64,000 nt of DNA, from positions 88,483 through 152,482 of IMG/VR virus record IMGVR_UViG_3300026097_000010, one strand, 5' to 3'. The notes beneath the pieces are model-generated. The model did not search any database. It was not told where the DNA came from and saw nothing but the letters and a program-made list of their open reading frames with translations. A program made the translations under genes and the position numbers. This DNA is from a virus. Of the stretch, positions 7,334 to 17,789 are shown in pieces (the first letter of the stretch is position 1; every line of letters begins with the position of its first letter).

Positions 7334-8176
7334 TCATTCGTCCCCGCTTGTGCCTCTTTCTTGGGTAAGTCCATTATCTCTACCTTCGTTCTGTCTGGTC
7401 CAACTAGGATTCATACCATTCATTTCTAAAATATCGTCACGAATGTTTTGATTGCGTTTTTCAATGTTAATGATCCTTACAAATGAATTTGTAACAGCCG
7501 CAGTGTAGTATGCAAAAGGATTGTCTGATTTTGATTCATCGAACTGTAGTCCGATCTGTGCTAGCTGTAAAATAGCCTGCCCTTGCATTTCGTCATTGTA
7601 GGTATATCCTCGAACGTTGCCTCGTGTACCGTAACGTTCGCACAATTTCATCCACATTTTAGCCAGTTCGTTGGTGGCCATACCGTGGTCCTTAGAGAAC
7701 TTACCACTGTCTAAAGGACCACGCCAGTGACTTTTTCCTACGCATTCTAACTCTCCTTCGTCATTACTAAATTTCCAATGTTGGAACGGAGGAAAATTAA
7801 CTTTTTCGTGTGCATCGGCAACAGTCTTTACTGTTTTCTTTCTGCCAGGTGCAAGCGGAATATGATCAAATGTCATAATTCTAAAAATCAACTCTTCTTT
7901 GGTAATTTTTCTATAATCGATTTCGAAATCTTTTAGGCTGGGCTTTTTTCCTTTATAATCTTGACAAGCAAGTTCGTGTGCTTCTTTGGCCAATCTTGCG
8001 GCCTTGTTTCGCTTTGCTTCAGCAACAGTCCGAATATTGATTTTGTCGATGCTAGGCAAAATTATATCGTACCGATGGTAATCTTTTTGAAGGTAAGAAC
8101 AGAATGTATTCTTGCTCCTGTGAATTTCTTTCAATAAATCTTTATTGTTTAAATATTTTACTCGGCGCTGTGTCAT
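7334..8176 (-). CDS. gp55: Sigma factor for late transcription (T4 gp55-like)
   Basis: N-terminal YLNNKDLL, RGYTYNDEM, FDESKSDNPFAYYT motifs typical of gp55; canonical position next to gp47/gp46. Confidence 0.88.
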   Translation of the reverse strand: MTQRRVKYLNNKDLLKEIHRSKNTFCSYLQKDYHRYDIILPSIDKINIRTVAEAKRNKAARLAKEAHELACQDYKGKKPSLKDFEIDYRKITKEELIFRIMTFDHIPLAPGRKKTVKTVADAHEKVNFPPFQHWKFSNDEGELECVGKSHWRGPLDSGKFSKDHGMATNELAKMWMKLCERYGTRGNVRGYTYNDEMQGQAILQLAQIGLQFDESKSDNPFAYYTAAVTNSFVRIINIEKRNQNIRDDILEMNGMNPSWTRQNEGRDNGLTQERGTSGDE

Positions 8177-8224
8177 GTTATGTGTATACTCCTATCGCTA
8201 TTATAATAGCATATTTTTCTAAGA

Positions 8225-8231
8225 ATAAATA
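8225..8231 (+). promoter_or_regulatory. Late promoter (ATAAATA) for baseplate operon
   Basis: TAAATA core 27 nt upstream of the ATG at 8259, with AGGA SD between. Confidence 0.6.
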
Positions 8232-8258
8232 GAGTTAAGAATAGGAAATTTTACCAAA

Positions 8259-9323
8259 ATGGCATTAAAAATTAATCCTTTAGCAATTGCTGTTGGAGCA
8301 ATTGCGGTACAAGCTGCAAGCCAGGCATCAAATGAAAACTCTGCAACAGTTCCGTCGCAGGTTTCAGAAAGCTCAAAACAAAGTCTAGATTCAACAGTTT
8401 CTAGATTGTCCGATGGACTTGCAGAAGCACAACGAGGTGTTTCTGAAACCTTAGGAAATCTTGACGAAAGAATTAGCGATTTTGCAAATGATACATTCGG
8501 CAGTCTAACTGATACAGTTAGTACATTTCGAGATACAGCTGATATTGCAGGCGCATTAGACAAATTAACAGGCGGCAACCTCGCCGGCGGTTTATCTGAC
8601 TTGGCATCGGGAATCTCTAAATCAGCAGGCATTCTTAACGATATTCTCAGTTTAAAAAGGGGAGCGAATCTCCCCGCAGGTGCTGATTTATTTCAAGCTT
8701 CAGGTCCAGCAATTAAAGTTCAACCTAACGCTAAAAATGACTGGAGAGTAAAAATTAATACTAATTGGGCAATTTTTAACTCTGCGTTATTCAAAAGACT
8801 AGAAGAAACTGGAGGTGTAGTATTTCCTTTTACACCTCAAATAACCTTTTCAACTTCTGCCAGTTATAACGAAATAGAACCAACACATAGTAATTATCCT
8901 TTCAATGCATATCAAAATAGCAAAATTGAAGATATACAAATTAATGCAAATTTTGTAAATCAAACCGAACGAGATGCAGAATATTTTATAGCCGCTATGA
9001 CATTTTTTAAAACAGCTACAAAAATGTTCTACGGACAAGGCGCAAATGTAGGCAACCCGCCAATAATTTGTCATCTTTCGGGTTACGGCAGTCAAATGTT
9101 TGATAGGGTTCCGGTAGTTGTAACGAGTGTTAACTTAGATTTGCCGAATGATTGTGATTATATCAGATACACATCAGGAAACGATACTACCTGGGTACCA
9201 TCAGACCTCAGTTTAAATCTTAGTGTAAGACCGGTATACAATAGAGCACAATTGCGCCAGTTTAGTTTACAACAGTATGCTCAGGGTAATATGATCTCGC
9301 CAACCGGAGGAAGATACTTATAA
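8259..9323 (+). CDS. Baseplate tail-tube initiator/cap-like protein (gp48/gp54-like)
   Basis: Tube-fold-like C-terminal half (VFPFTPQI, GNPPIICHLSGYG, VPVVVTSV); first gene of the baseplate operon, just before gp53. Confidence 0.55.
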   Translation: MALKINPLAIAVGAIAVQAASQASNENSATVPSQVSESSKQSLDSTVSRLSDGLAEAQRGVSETLGNLDERISDFANDTFGSLTDTVSTFRDTADIAGALDKLTGGNLAGGLSDLASGISKSAGILNDILSLKRGANLPAGADLFQASGPAIKVQPNAKNDWRVKINTNWAIFNSALFKRLEETGGVVFPFTPQITFSTSASYNEIEPTHSNYPFNAYQNSKIEDIQINANFVNQTERDAEYFIAAMTFFKTATKMFYGQGANVGNPPIICHLSGYGSQMFDRVPVVVTSVNLDLPNDCDYIRYTSGNDTTWVPSDLSLNLSVRPVYNRAQLRQFSLQQYAQGNMISPTGGRYL

Positions 9324-9622
9324 TGGCAAGTTACAGTAAAAGTTCTCCGTATTCGTCTACTCCGCAAAATAGACTCTATCTGGAATTGTTAGATATAAGA
9401 CCTGTTCCTGCAGAACCCGACGATTTTTTGTATACAATCGAAAGCCAATATCAACATCGTCCTGATTTATTAGCTTACGATTTATATGGCAACGAAAAGC
9501 TTTGGTGGGTATTTGCTCAAAGAAACATGGCAATTATTAAAGACCCTATATATGATTTTGAAATAGGAAATAAAATTTATTTGCCTAAAAAAACAAATTT
9601 AGAAAGATTTTTAGGAGTCTAA
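9323..9622 (+). CDS. gp53: Baseplate wedge subunit, LysM-like (T4 gp53-like)
   Basis: RPDLLAYDLYGNEKLWWVF motif. Confidence 0.85.
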   Translation: MASYSKSSPYSSTPQNRLYLELLDIRPVPAEPDDFLYTIESQYQHRPDLLAYDLYGNEKLWWVFAQRNMAIIKDPIYDFEIGNKIYLPKKTNLERFLGV

Positions 9623-9623
9623 T

Positions 9624-12086
9624 GTGGCTGCAGAATTCACTGAAAGACGGCTACAGTCGACTGGTAGCACCACAAATGCTAATATTGATAGAAGCCAGCC
9701 ATATGTTGATATTCAAAAGAACGGCAAGACTGAAAGAATATACGGAGATCAAGCACAACTTGAATCTTTTAAACAGAAACAAGCCGCCCGAAAATCCACA
9801 AACACTGGAACTCAAAACGTTTCAGTTGCATCTGGACAAGCAACTAATATAACAGGAATAGATGTTCCAGGCGCTATTAGTGAATTTATTAATAATTCAC
9901 CCGAAGAAACATTGCAATCGGCTACTAAAACTCAAACTCAAGGCGGCCGAGGACTTACAAACATAGTTGCTAACCCAATGGAGCAATTTGCTTCGTATAC
10001 TCCATTGTGGACCATGGCTGTTTTAACTCCTACACAATTCAATGATCCTGCTTCGTATCGCACCGACGATTTAAGTTTTGCTGGAGATTTCGACATCAAT
10101 TTCGAAACAGGAAATACAATCGAATCAAGTATAATTTTTTCTAGTGCAGGAAGAGGAGACGAATATCGAACGACAACATTTTATGGATCTCCTGAATATT
10201 TTGTAGATAATTTTGTTATGCGTTCAATAATATCAGCAACTCCTGCAACCGGAAATTCAAATGCAATAAAATTTGATTTTGAAATACACGAACCGTACTC
10301 TATGGGCCTTTTGTTACAGAGTATGCAAAATGCAGCTTTAAAAGCCGGATATGCAAATTATCTTGATAATTGTCCATATTTGCTAAGATTAGACTTCAAA
10401 GGATTTTCAGAAACCGGACAAGAATATACTTCTATTAAACCGAAGTATTTTGTTATGAAATTGTCTAGCGTTAAATTTGAAGTAAATGAAGGCGGAAGTC
10501 TTTACAAAGTAGAAGCTATTCCTTATAACCATCAAGCATTTAGTGATGCAATGGATATAACATTTAAGGATTTATCTTTAAAGGCCGGTAGCAAAGGAAC
10601 AGTTGAAGAGTTGTTGGTTAACGGCCCAGAAAGTTTGGTGGCTGCACTTAATGCAAATGAACTGAAACTTGTAGAAGAAAAAAGAATTACTGTGCCTGAC
10701 GAGTATGATATTCAATTTCCAGAAAAATCTAGCGACTTTCAGTCAAGATCTAAATTACCAGTTGAAAAAGGTGCTACAAAAAACCCAAAAGCAGGCAGCG
10801 GAAGAAAAGTCATCAAAGGAACAGATGTAGAAGTTGTTACTGATTTTACATCTAATCCTATAGGAAAATCATCTTTCGGATATGATGCAGGCCAAGGCGG
10901 CAATTTTGTTTTTAAGAAAGAAGGCGATGTTGTTGACGAAAAAACAGGAAAGATAAGAAGGGATCAAATGATAATTGATCCAAAAAACAGAACCTTTATG
11001 TTTAGTCAAGGACAGAGTTTAACAGACATTATAACACAAGTTGTTTTAAGTTCGCAATATGTAAAAAATGCAATTTCTCCTCCTGTAAATTCAGACGGAT
11101 TTATTAGATGGTTTCGATTGGATATACAGATAGAGTTTGGCCAGTTTGACTATCTAGTGGGAGATTACGCTAGAAAAATTACATTTCGTGTTGTACCGTT
11201 TTTGGTTCATCACAGCATTTTTTCAAATCCCAATTCTGCACCAATCGGATACGATCAATTAGAAAAGAAAATTGCTAAACGGTACGACTATATCTATACC
11301 GGACAAAACAATGACATTATAAATTTTGATATACAGATAAACAATTTATTTTATTCAGGAACTAATTCTAGTTCAGAAGGCAATACAGCCTCAGAACAGA
11401 ATCCTGATATTAAAGGAGCCTCGCCGGATCCAGGACTTGAAACAGAAACTCCTGCAGGTGCCGCACCGGAGACGCAAGCTGCCCAGACTGGACGAGCTAG
11501 ACCGATGGCAGATCCTGATAATCTAAAAACTAAGTTTAAAGGAGGATCAGGATCTAAAGACACAGAACAGATGGTTGCTGAATCTTTTCATAATGCATTT
11601 ATTACTGGAAGTAGTGCTGACATGGTAAGTTTAGATCTAGAAGTTTTAGGAGATCCGTATTGGCTAGTCGACAGCGGAATGTCAAATTATTTTGCAGACA
11701 CTAACGAGCCTACTGATCTTATAAATGCTGATGGCACAGCAAATTATGAAGGCAGCGATGTCTATATCTATATTACATTCAGAACTCCTGCTGATATAGA
11801 CATAGCATCGGGAATGTATCAATTTAGTAAAAATCAAACTGAAAGCCCGTTCGGCGGCATATACAGGGTTACTATGTGTGAAAATACATTTAATGAAGGC
11901 AGATTTACACAAAAACTTAGATGCATAAGAATGCCGGGACAACCAGCAGATTACGACGGCGAGACTGCCACTAAAGATCCACAAAATGCACTGGCAGTCC
12001 AAACCGGAAAACAAAAATCTGAAAAAACTGGAGTAAATGACGACTCGAAATCAGTAGCTAAAAGAGTGCTCGGAGGCAGCATTTAA
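9624..12086 (+). CDS. Baseplate hub protein (gp27-like)
   Basis: 820 aa between gp53-like and gp5-like genes; C-terminal LEVLGDPYWL and GIYRVTMCENTFNEGRFTQKL resemble hub-protein ends. Confidence 0.6.
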   Translation: MAAEFTERRLQSTGSTTNANIDRSQPYVDIQKNGKTERIYGDQAQLESFKQKQAARKSTNTGTQNVSVASGQATNITGIDVPGAISEFINNSPEETLQSATKTQTQGGRGLTNIVANPMEQFASYTPLWTMAVLTPTQFNDPASYRTDDLSFAGDFDINFETGNTIESSIIFSSAGRGDEYRTTTFYGSPEYFVDNFVMRSIISATPATGNSNAIKFDFEIHEPYSMGLLLQSMQNAALKAGYANYLDNCPYLLRLDFKGFSETGQEYTSIKPKYFVMKLSSVKFEVNEGGSLYKVEAIPYNHQAFSDAMDITFKDLSLKAGSKGTVEELLVNGPESLVAALNANELKLVEEKRITVPDEYDIQFPEKSSDFQSRSKLPVEKGATKNPKAGSGRKVIKGTDVEVVTDFTSNPIGKSSFGYDAGQGGNFVFKKEGDVVDEKTGKIRRDQMIIDPKNRTFMFSQGQSLTDIITQVVLSSQYVKNAISPPVNSDGFIRWFRLDIQIEFGQFDYLVGDYARKITFRVVPFLVHHSIFSNPNSAPIGYDQLEKKIAKRYDYIYTGQNNDIINFDIQINNLFYSGTNSSSEGNTASEQNPDIKGASPDPGLETETPAGAAPETQAAQTGRARPMADPDNLKTKFKGGSGSKDTEQMVAESFHNAFITGSSADMVSLDLEVLGDPYWLVDSGMSNYFADTNEPTDLINADGTANYEGSDVYIYITFRTPADIDIASGMYQFSKNQTESPFGGIYRVTMCENTFNEGRFTQKLRCIRMPGQPADYDGETATKDPQNALAVQTGKQKSEKTGVNDDSKSVAKRVLGGSI

Positions 12087-13900
12087 TGTCACAACAACGA
12101 AGAAGAGCACAAAATCAAAGACAGCGTCTTAACGAATCGCTTCCTACAAGTCCTATACTTGCAAGAGTTATAAGTCATCTTGATTCTAAGGTAATGGGCG
12201 GTCTTGAAGTTACTCTATTGCGTAATCAGGGAAACACGCTAGGCGAAGACACAGAAACGTATTCTTGCTGGCCAGCATTTCCGTTCTTTGGATATACCGG
12301 ATATGAATTTCAAGGGCTAAACAACCAAGACTTTAACGACACACAAAAAAGTTACGGAATGTGGATGGTTCCACCAGACGTTGGAGTAACTGTAATGGTA
12401 GTGTTCATTGAAGGAGATCCTAGTAAAGGTTATTGGATTGCCTGTGTTCCTCCTGACTTCAATAATCATATGGTTCCTGCTCTAGGAGCGAGCACAGAAG
12501 TTGATTTAAGTAAGGAGGATCAACAAAAGTACAATACTACACAACCACTACCTGTAGGAAATCCTAACAAAAAATATATGCGCGATATTGGGTTTCCTGC
12601 AGAAAACATTGATTTTCTAAAAAAACCAGTTCATCCAATAGCCGATAGATTTTTAGAACAAGGCACACTTGAAGACGATATTAGAGGTCCTACTACAACG
12701 ACAGCCCGCCGCGATATTCCTAGTGCGGTATACGGCATTTCGACTCCAGGTCCGTTAGACAGACGTCCAGGATCTAAAAGAGCAAGAATAGGAAAAAATA
12801 ATAATCAAACTCCTGCTCCTGTTCCTGTAAGTCGACTAGGTGGTACAACTTTTGTAATGGACGATGGCGATGATCGTTATCAAAGAAAAACGCCAGCCAG
12901 CGAAGGTCCTGTAGATTATGCTGATACACTTAATGATGAAACAGGCGATCCTACAATACCATACAATGAATATTTTCGTATAAGAACCAGAACCGGGCAT
13001 CAAATTTTGATGCATAATTCAGAAGATTTAATTTATATCGGAAATGCCAAAGGCACTACTTGGATTGAATTAACCGCCAACGGAAAAATTGACATCTATG
13101 CAGAAGACTCTATTTCAGTACATACACAAACAGACATAAATTTTCGTGCCGACAGAGACGTCAACATCGAAGCAGGCCGCAATATTAATATGAAGGCTAC
13201 CGCCGAGTACCAAAGTCCAGACAGCTTGATTAACGAAAAGAAAATTCAAGATGCCAGAGAGTTTGAAAACGGCAGGATACAATTTGAAAGTGCTTTCAAT
13301 ACTAATATTTTAGTCGGTGCAAATTTAAAAGTCGAAACTAGAAAATATAAAAATATAGACGATGAAGATGTTGATGGAAACTTAGATATTAACATCAAAG
13401 GTAACACTAAAATAGCGACCGGCACTGGAGATGTAGAAGATCTATATAGGCTTGATATAAACACCGACGGCAATGTGTTTGTAACTACAACAAATAATGT
13501 TGATCTTTATACCGAAGCAAATGTTAAAATCAAAACTGGTGGAAATTTAGATCTGAATACCGATGGCAATAATGCCTATACTGCAGGTGGGTCAACTGAT
13601 ATTTTAAGTGGCGGAAACCACACAGAAACTGCCGCAAGAATTGATATGAACGGCCCAACAGCTAGAACAGCAGAAGAAGCTGTCGAAAGCAATATTGCCG
13701 AAGTCATAACTGATCTTATATTACATGATAATGTAAGAACCGACGGAACACAAGTTTGGGCTGATACAAAATATCAAACAGAAATAATAAAGAGCATTAT
13801 GCGAAGAGTGCCTATGCACGAACCCTGGGCACAGCATGAACATCTTGCTCCGCAAATACAAACGCCCAACGATACAGATAGAGAGTTAGGAGAAGAATAA
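12086..13900 (+). CDS. gp5: Baseplate central spike (gp5/VgrG-like; OB-fold plus beta-helix, no lysozyme domain)
   Basis: YGMWMVPPDVGVTVMVVF OB-fold, RTRTGHQILM, beta-helix-type repeats, C-terminal RVPMHEPWAQHE. Confidence 0.75.
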   Translation: MSQQRRRAQNQRQRLNESLPTSPILARVISHLDSKVMGGLEVTLLRNQGNTLGEDTETYSCWPAFPFFGYTGYEFQGLNNQDFNDTQKSYGMWMVPPDVGVTVMVVFIEGDPSKGYWIACVPPDFNNHMVPALGASTEVDLSKEDQQKYNTTQPLPVGNPNKKYMRDIGFPAENIDFLKKPVHPIADRFLEQGTLEDDIRGPTTTTARRDIPSAVYGISTPGPLDRRPGSKRARIGKNNNQTPAPVPVSRLGGTTFVMDDGDDRYQRKTPASEGPVDYADTLNDETGDPTIPYNEYFRIRTRTGHQILMHNSEDLIYIGNAKGTTWIELTANGKIDIYAEDSISVHTQTDINFRADRDVNIEAGRNINMKATAEYQSPDSLINEKKIQDAREFENGRIQFESAFNTNILVGANLKVETRKYKNIDDEDVDGNLDINIKGNTKIATGTGDVEDLYRLDINTDGNVFVTTTNNVDLYTEANVKIKTGGNLDLNTDGNNAYTAGGSTDILSGGNHTETAARIDMNGPTARTAEEAVESNIAEVITDLILHDNVRTDGTQVWADTKYQTEIIKSIMRRVPMHEPWAQHEHLAPQIQTPNDTDRELGEE

Positions 13901-14343
13901 TGGCCACTACTAGATTGTATAATCAAACAGTTGTTGCAAGAAATAAAGTCAGTGTCGGTGATGCAAATACAGGATCGTTTACTTATAAAGGATTTAGTTC
14001 GAAAGAAAAAACTAAAGGTTTTAAACTATATGATATAGATCTTGTAAAGCAGGATTTAATAAACCATTTTTACATAAGAAAAGGTGAAAAGTTAGAAAAT
14101 CCTGCGTTCGGAACCGTAATATGGGATATGTTGTTTGAGCAATTTACAGAAGAAGTAAAAGAAATTATTGCCAAAGACGTCGAAGATGTTATTAATTATG
14201 ACCCTAGGATAACTGTTAATTCTATTGCAATCGATGCAACAAGCATGGGTATAAGAATAGAAGCAGATATAACATATCTTCCTTTTGATGTTAACGAAAG
14301 GATGACCTTTAATTTCGATAGAGATAACAATACAATAAACTGA
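13900..14343 (+). CDS. gp25: Baseplate wedge subunit (T4 gp25-like)
   Basis: DLINHFYIRKGEKLENPAFGTVIWDMLFE and YDPRI motifs. Confidence 0.9.
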   Translation: MATTRLYNQTVVARNKVSVGDANTGSFTYKGFSSKEKTKGFKLYDIDLVKQDLINHFYIRKGEKLENPAFGTVIWDMLFEQFTEEVKEIIAKDVEDVINYDPRITVNSIAIDATSMGIRIEADITYLPFDVNERMTFNFDRDNNTIN

Positions 14344-14360
14344 CCAGTTTATCAAGTATG

Positions 14361-14367
14361 GTAAATA
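14361..14367 (+). promoter_or_regulatory. Late promoter-like GTAAATA upstream of gp6
   Basis: TAAATA core inside the inverted repeat TATGGTA-AA-TACCATA (14357-14372), followed by AGGA SD. Confidence 0.5.
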
Positions 14368-14384
14368 CCATATAGGAAACATTT

Positions 14385-17300
14385 ATGAGTTCAACAGCTA
14401 GACAAAACAACCTTATTTTAAACGAGGACTGGACGAGAATATATCAGACATTTAAAAATGCTGATTTCAAAAGTTACGACTTTGAAAATCTTCGTCGTGT
14501 AATTATTGCATATCTACGTGAAAATTATCCCGAAGATTTTAACGATTATATTGAAAGTTCCGAGTATCTTGCTCTTATCGATGCTGTTGCATTTTTAGGA
14601 CAAAGTCTCAGTTTTCGTGTAGATTTAGCCAGTCGCGAAAATTTTATTGAGCTTGCAGAACGCAAAGAAAGTGTCTTGCGTATCGCAAAAATGTTAGGAT
14701 ATAACGCTAAAAGAAATATCCCTGCCACCGGATTATTAAAGTTTACGTCAGTAACGACCACAGAACGCATTACCGATTCTAACGGAAGAAATTTAGCACA
14801 ACAGTTGGTAACATGGAACGATCCTACTAATACAAATTGGGCAGAGCAATTTATTTTAATTCTTAATGCAGCTATGTCTGACAACACAGAATTTGGTAGA
14901 AGCCAAGGCAGTGCAACTATTTTGGGTGTTCCAGCAGAACAGTATAGATTTAGAACGAGTACCAGTGACATACCATTATTTACTTTTTCAAAAACTGTTT
15001 CAGGCAGGTCGGCAGCTTTTGAATTGGTAAGCACAGTTTTTAAAGATGCAGAAAATTTTTACGAAGAAGCACCTACTCCTGGTAGTCAACTAGGTTTTGT
15101 ATATCGACAAGATGGTCAAGGTCCGGGTAGTATAAATACCGGTTTTTTCTTGCAATTTAAACAAGGCAGTTTAGAGTTTGCCGATTTCAATATCGAAGTT
15201 CCTACCACAAACGAAAGAGTTACAGTAGATAGTCAAAATATTAACAACGACGACGTGTGGTTGTTTAAATTAAATTCAAACGGACAGCAACTTTCAGAAT
15301 GGACTAAAGTTTCTAATTTTGTAGGAAATAATATTGCATATAACAGTGTTATTGGTAATATAAAAGATATCTATGCTGTAGAAACAAAAGAAAATGATAG
15401 AATTGATTTAGTTTTTGCAGACGGAGTATATGGAAATCTGCCCCAAGGACCTTTCAGAGTATATTACCGTGTTAGTAACGGACTAAATTATTCAATTACA
15501 CCTCAAGAAATGCGGAATATTTCTATTTCGATAGATTATGTAAACAATAATGGAGAAAGCCACACATTAACAATCGGCTTATCTTTGCAATCGACGGTTG
15601 CTAATGCCAGCGAAACTGAAAACATTGATACAATAAGACAGAATGCTCCTGCATTGTACTATACTCAAAATAGAATGATTACAGGAGAAGATTACAATCT
15701 AGCTCCATTTTCTAGTTCTCAAGATATATTAAAAGTTAAAGCCATAAACAGAACATCTAGCGGAATAAGCAGAAATTTTGATATTGTCGATGCTAGTGGA
15801 AAGTATTCTAGCATTAACGTATTTGCCGACGATGGCTTTATCTATAAAAACGAAAGCGAAAGAAATTTTTCTTTTAAGTTTACCAACAGAACAGATATTA
15901 TAAATGTTATAAAAAGACAATTAGAACCTGTTTTTAGTAGTACTGGTGTTTATAATTTTTATCTTACCAAATATGATAAAGTTGTATTCACTGATAATAA
16001 CAAGGTATGGAATCAATCTACATCGGATATAAATTCGTCAACAGGTTATTTTACAGATGCGGTAGATTTAACTTTTCAAAAAGTCGGAGTGTTTTCAACT
16101 AGTTCATTACAATACCTTAAGGTCGGTTCCACAATAAAGTTTATTGCACCTTCTGGACAATCTTTTAAGAATGGAAAGTTAGTTACTTCTAATTCGTCAG
16201 ATTCTGATCAAACTTCGTATATTTGGACCAAAGTTGTTAATATTTTAGGTGACGGTACAAATGCAAGCCGAGGTAATCTGCCGTCGGGTTTAGGTCCTAT
16301 TACATTTAGTGATCCTGTTCCTACTGGTGCAATTGCTAACAGAATTCTTCCTAGATTTGTTACCGATCTTCCTATATCTCTTGAAAATGAAATTGTTAAT
16401 TATGTTTTTCAAAATATTAATTTTGGACTTCGTTATGATAATCTTGCGTCTCAATGGAAAATTATTCAAGCATCCAATTTAGATTTAATTAGTCCTTTTA
16501 CACAAGGTCGTGCTGGAGATACTTCTAACACAAATCTTGACGGAAGTTGGAGTGTTGCTTTTGTGAAAGAAGCCGACGAATATGTTGTGCGTATTAGAAC
16601 AATTGACTATATTTTTGGAAGTGTAGAACAGAATAGATTTTATTTTGACGCTAACGAAAAAAATTACAATAGTCAAACAGGACAGGTTGTAAAAGATCAA
16701 GTAAAAGTTTTAGGAATTAATACCGGAAAAGACTTTATTACACCACTTAATAATGATTTTTCTTTTGAAATATCTGATACAATTAAATTTGATGACGGAT
16801 ACGAAAGCACAGAATCTATTAAAATTTCGTTCAGCGACTCAGATGACGACGGAGCAATTGATAATCCAGAATCTTTTGAAAATATAGTCGGCGAAGATAC
16901 AGATTTAAATTACCTTTACTTTCAAGAAACTACCGACGAATATGGCAGTGTTATCTATGAAAAAATTGATAATTCAAATGAAACAATAAAAATATTGCAA
17001 ACAGAAACAACATTTACATTTGATGATGAAGAAACATACCCAGACGGGCAATTAATTTACTTCTATGATGCAAACGAAGACAGAGTTAAGCGTGTAGATA
17101 GAACAACAAACACTCTTGTTCTAGAAAGCAGTTACCGAGCTAATATAGGACGAGATGGTTTAAAATTCCAGTATATTCACAATGCAAGCGAAGATAGAAG
17201 AATAGATCCTAGTTCTAGTAATATAATCGATCTCTTTCTGTTAACAAGAGGATACGACACCGCATATCGAAATTATCTCCGCTCCGGAGGTTCAAGACCT

Positions 17301-17789
17301 CAAGAACCCAGTACTGATGAATTAAGGATTACATATGGTGCTAGATTAAATCCTATTAAAAGCATCAGCGATGAAATTATATACCAGCCTGCCAAATATA
17401 AAGTTCTCTTTGGGTCAGAGGCACAAGAATCATTAAGGGCTAAATTTAAAGTTGTTAAAAACAAAGACAAAGTAATTAACGATAACGACTTAAAGGTTAG
17501 AATTGTAGACGCTATTGATGAATTTTTTAATGTCGCTAACTGGGATTTTGGAGATAAATTTTATCTGAGCGAATTGACAACCTACATTTTAAATTCTGTG
17601 TCGCCCGACATTAGTAATATTGTGATATTGCCTAGACAGGCAGATCAAATTTTTGGAAATTTATTCGAAATACAGAGTAATCCCGATGAAATATTTGTAA
17701 GCGGAACAAGTGTAGATGATATTGAAATTGTTTCTTCTATAACAACAGCAGAAGTTAGGACTGGAACCAATCAACAGGATAATTATTAA
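14385..17789 (+). CDS. gp6: Baseplate wedge subunit (T4 gp6-like), extended
   Basis: DFENLR...FNDYIESS..., ESVLRIAKMLGY, VFADGVYG, QNRMITGEDY motifs; 1134 aa. Confidence 0.88.
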   Translation: MSSTARQNNLILNEDWTRIYQTFKNADFKSYDFENLRRVIIAYLRENYPEDFNDYIESSEYLALIDAVAFLGQSLSFRVDLASRENFIELAERKESVLRIAKMLGYNAKRNIPATGLLKFTSVTTTERITDSNGRNLAQQLVTWNDPTNTNWAEQFILILNAAMSDNTEFGRSQGSATILGVPAEQYRFRTSTSDIPLFTFSKTVSGRSAAFELVSTVFKDAENFYEEAPTPGSQLGFVYRQDGQGPGSINTGFFLQFKQGSLEFADFNIEVPTTNERVTVDSQNINNDDVWLFKLNSNGQQLSEWTKVSNFVGNNIAYNSVIGNIKDIYAVETKENDRIDLVFADGVYGNLPQGPFRVYYRVSNGLNYSITPQEMRNISISIDYVNNNGESHTLTIGLSLQSTVANASETENIDTIRQNAPALYYTQNRMITGEDYNLAPFSSSQDILKVKAINRTSSGISRNFDIVDASGKYSSINVFADDGFIYKNESERNFSFKFTNRTDIINVIKRQLEPVFSSTGVYNFYLTKYDKVVFTDNNKVWNQSTSDINSSTGYFTDAVDLTFQKVGVFSTSSLQYLKVGSTIKFIAPSGQSFKNGKLVTSNSSDSDQTSYIWTKVVNILGDGTNASRGNLPSGLGPITFSDPVPTGAIANRILPRFVTDLPISLENEIVNYVFQNINFGLRYDNLASQWKIIQASNLDLISPFTQGRAGDTSNTNLDGSWSVAFVKEADEYVVRIRTIDYIFGSVEQNRFYFDANEKNYNSQTGQVVKDQVKVLGINTGKDFITPLNNDFSFEISDTIKFDDGYESTESIKISFSDSDDDGAIDNPESFENIVGEDTDLNYLYFQETTDEYGSVIYEKIDNSNETIKILQTETTFTFDDEETYPDGQLIYFYDANEDRVKRVDRTTNTLVLESSYRANIGRDGLKFQYIHNASEDRRIDPSSSNIIDLFLLTRGYDTAYRNYLRSGGSRPQEPSTDELRITYGARLNPIKSISDEIIYQPAKYKVLFGSEAQESLRAKFKVVKNKDKVINDNDLKVRIVDAIDEFFNVANWDFGDKFYLSELTTYILNSVSPDISNIVILPRQADQIFGNLFEIQSNPDEIFVSGTSVDDIEIVSSITTAEVRTGTNQQDNY

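Noticed and set aside
8219-8632. Antisense ORFs over long genes (also 2550..2963, 14546..15034, 31129..31539, 38109..38513, 57087..57551 and others)
   Set aside because: Shadow frames of well-supported genes, with no motifs or translation signals.
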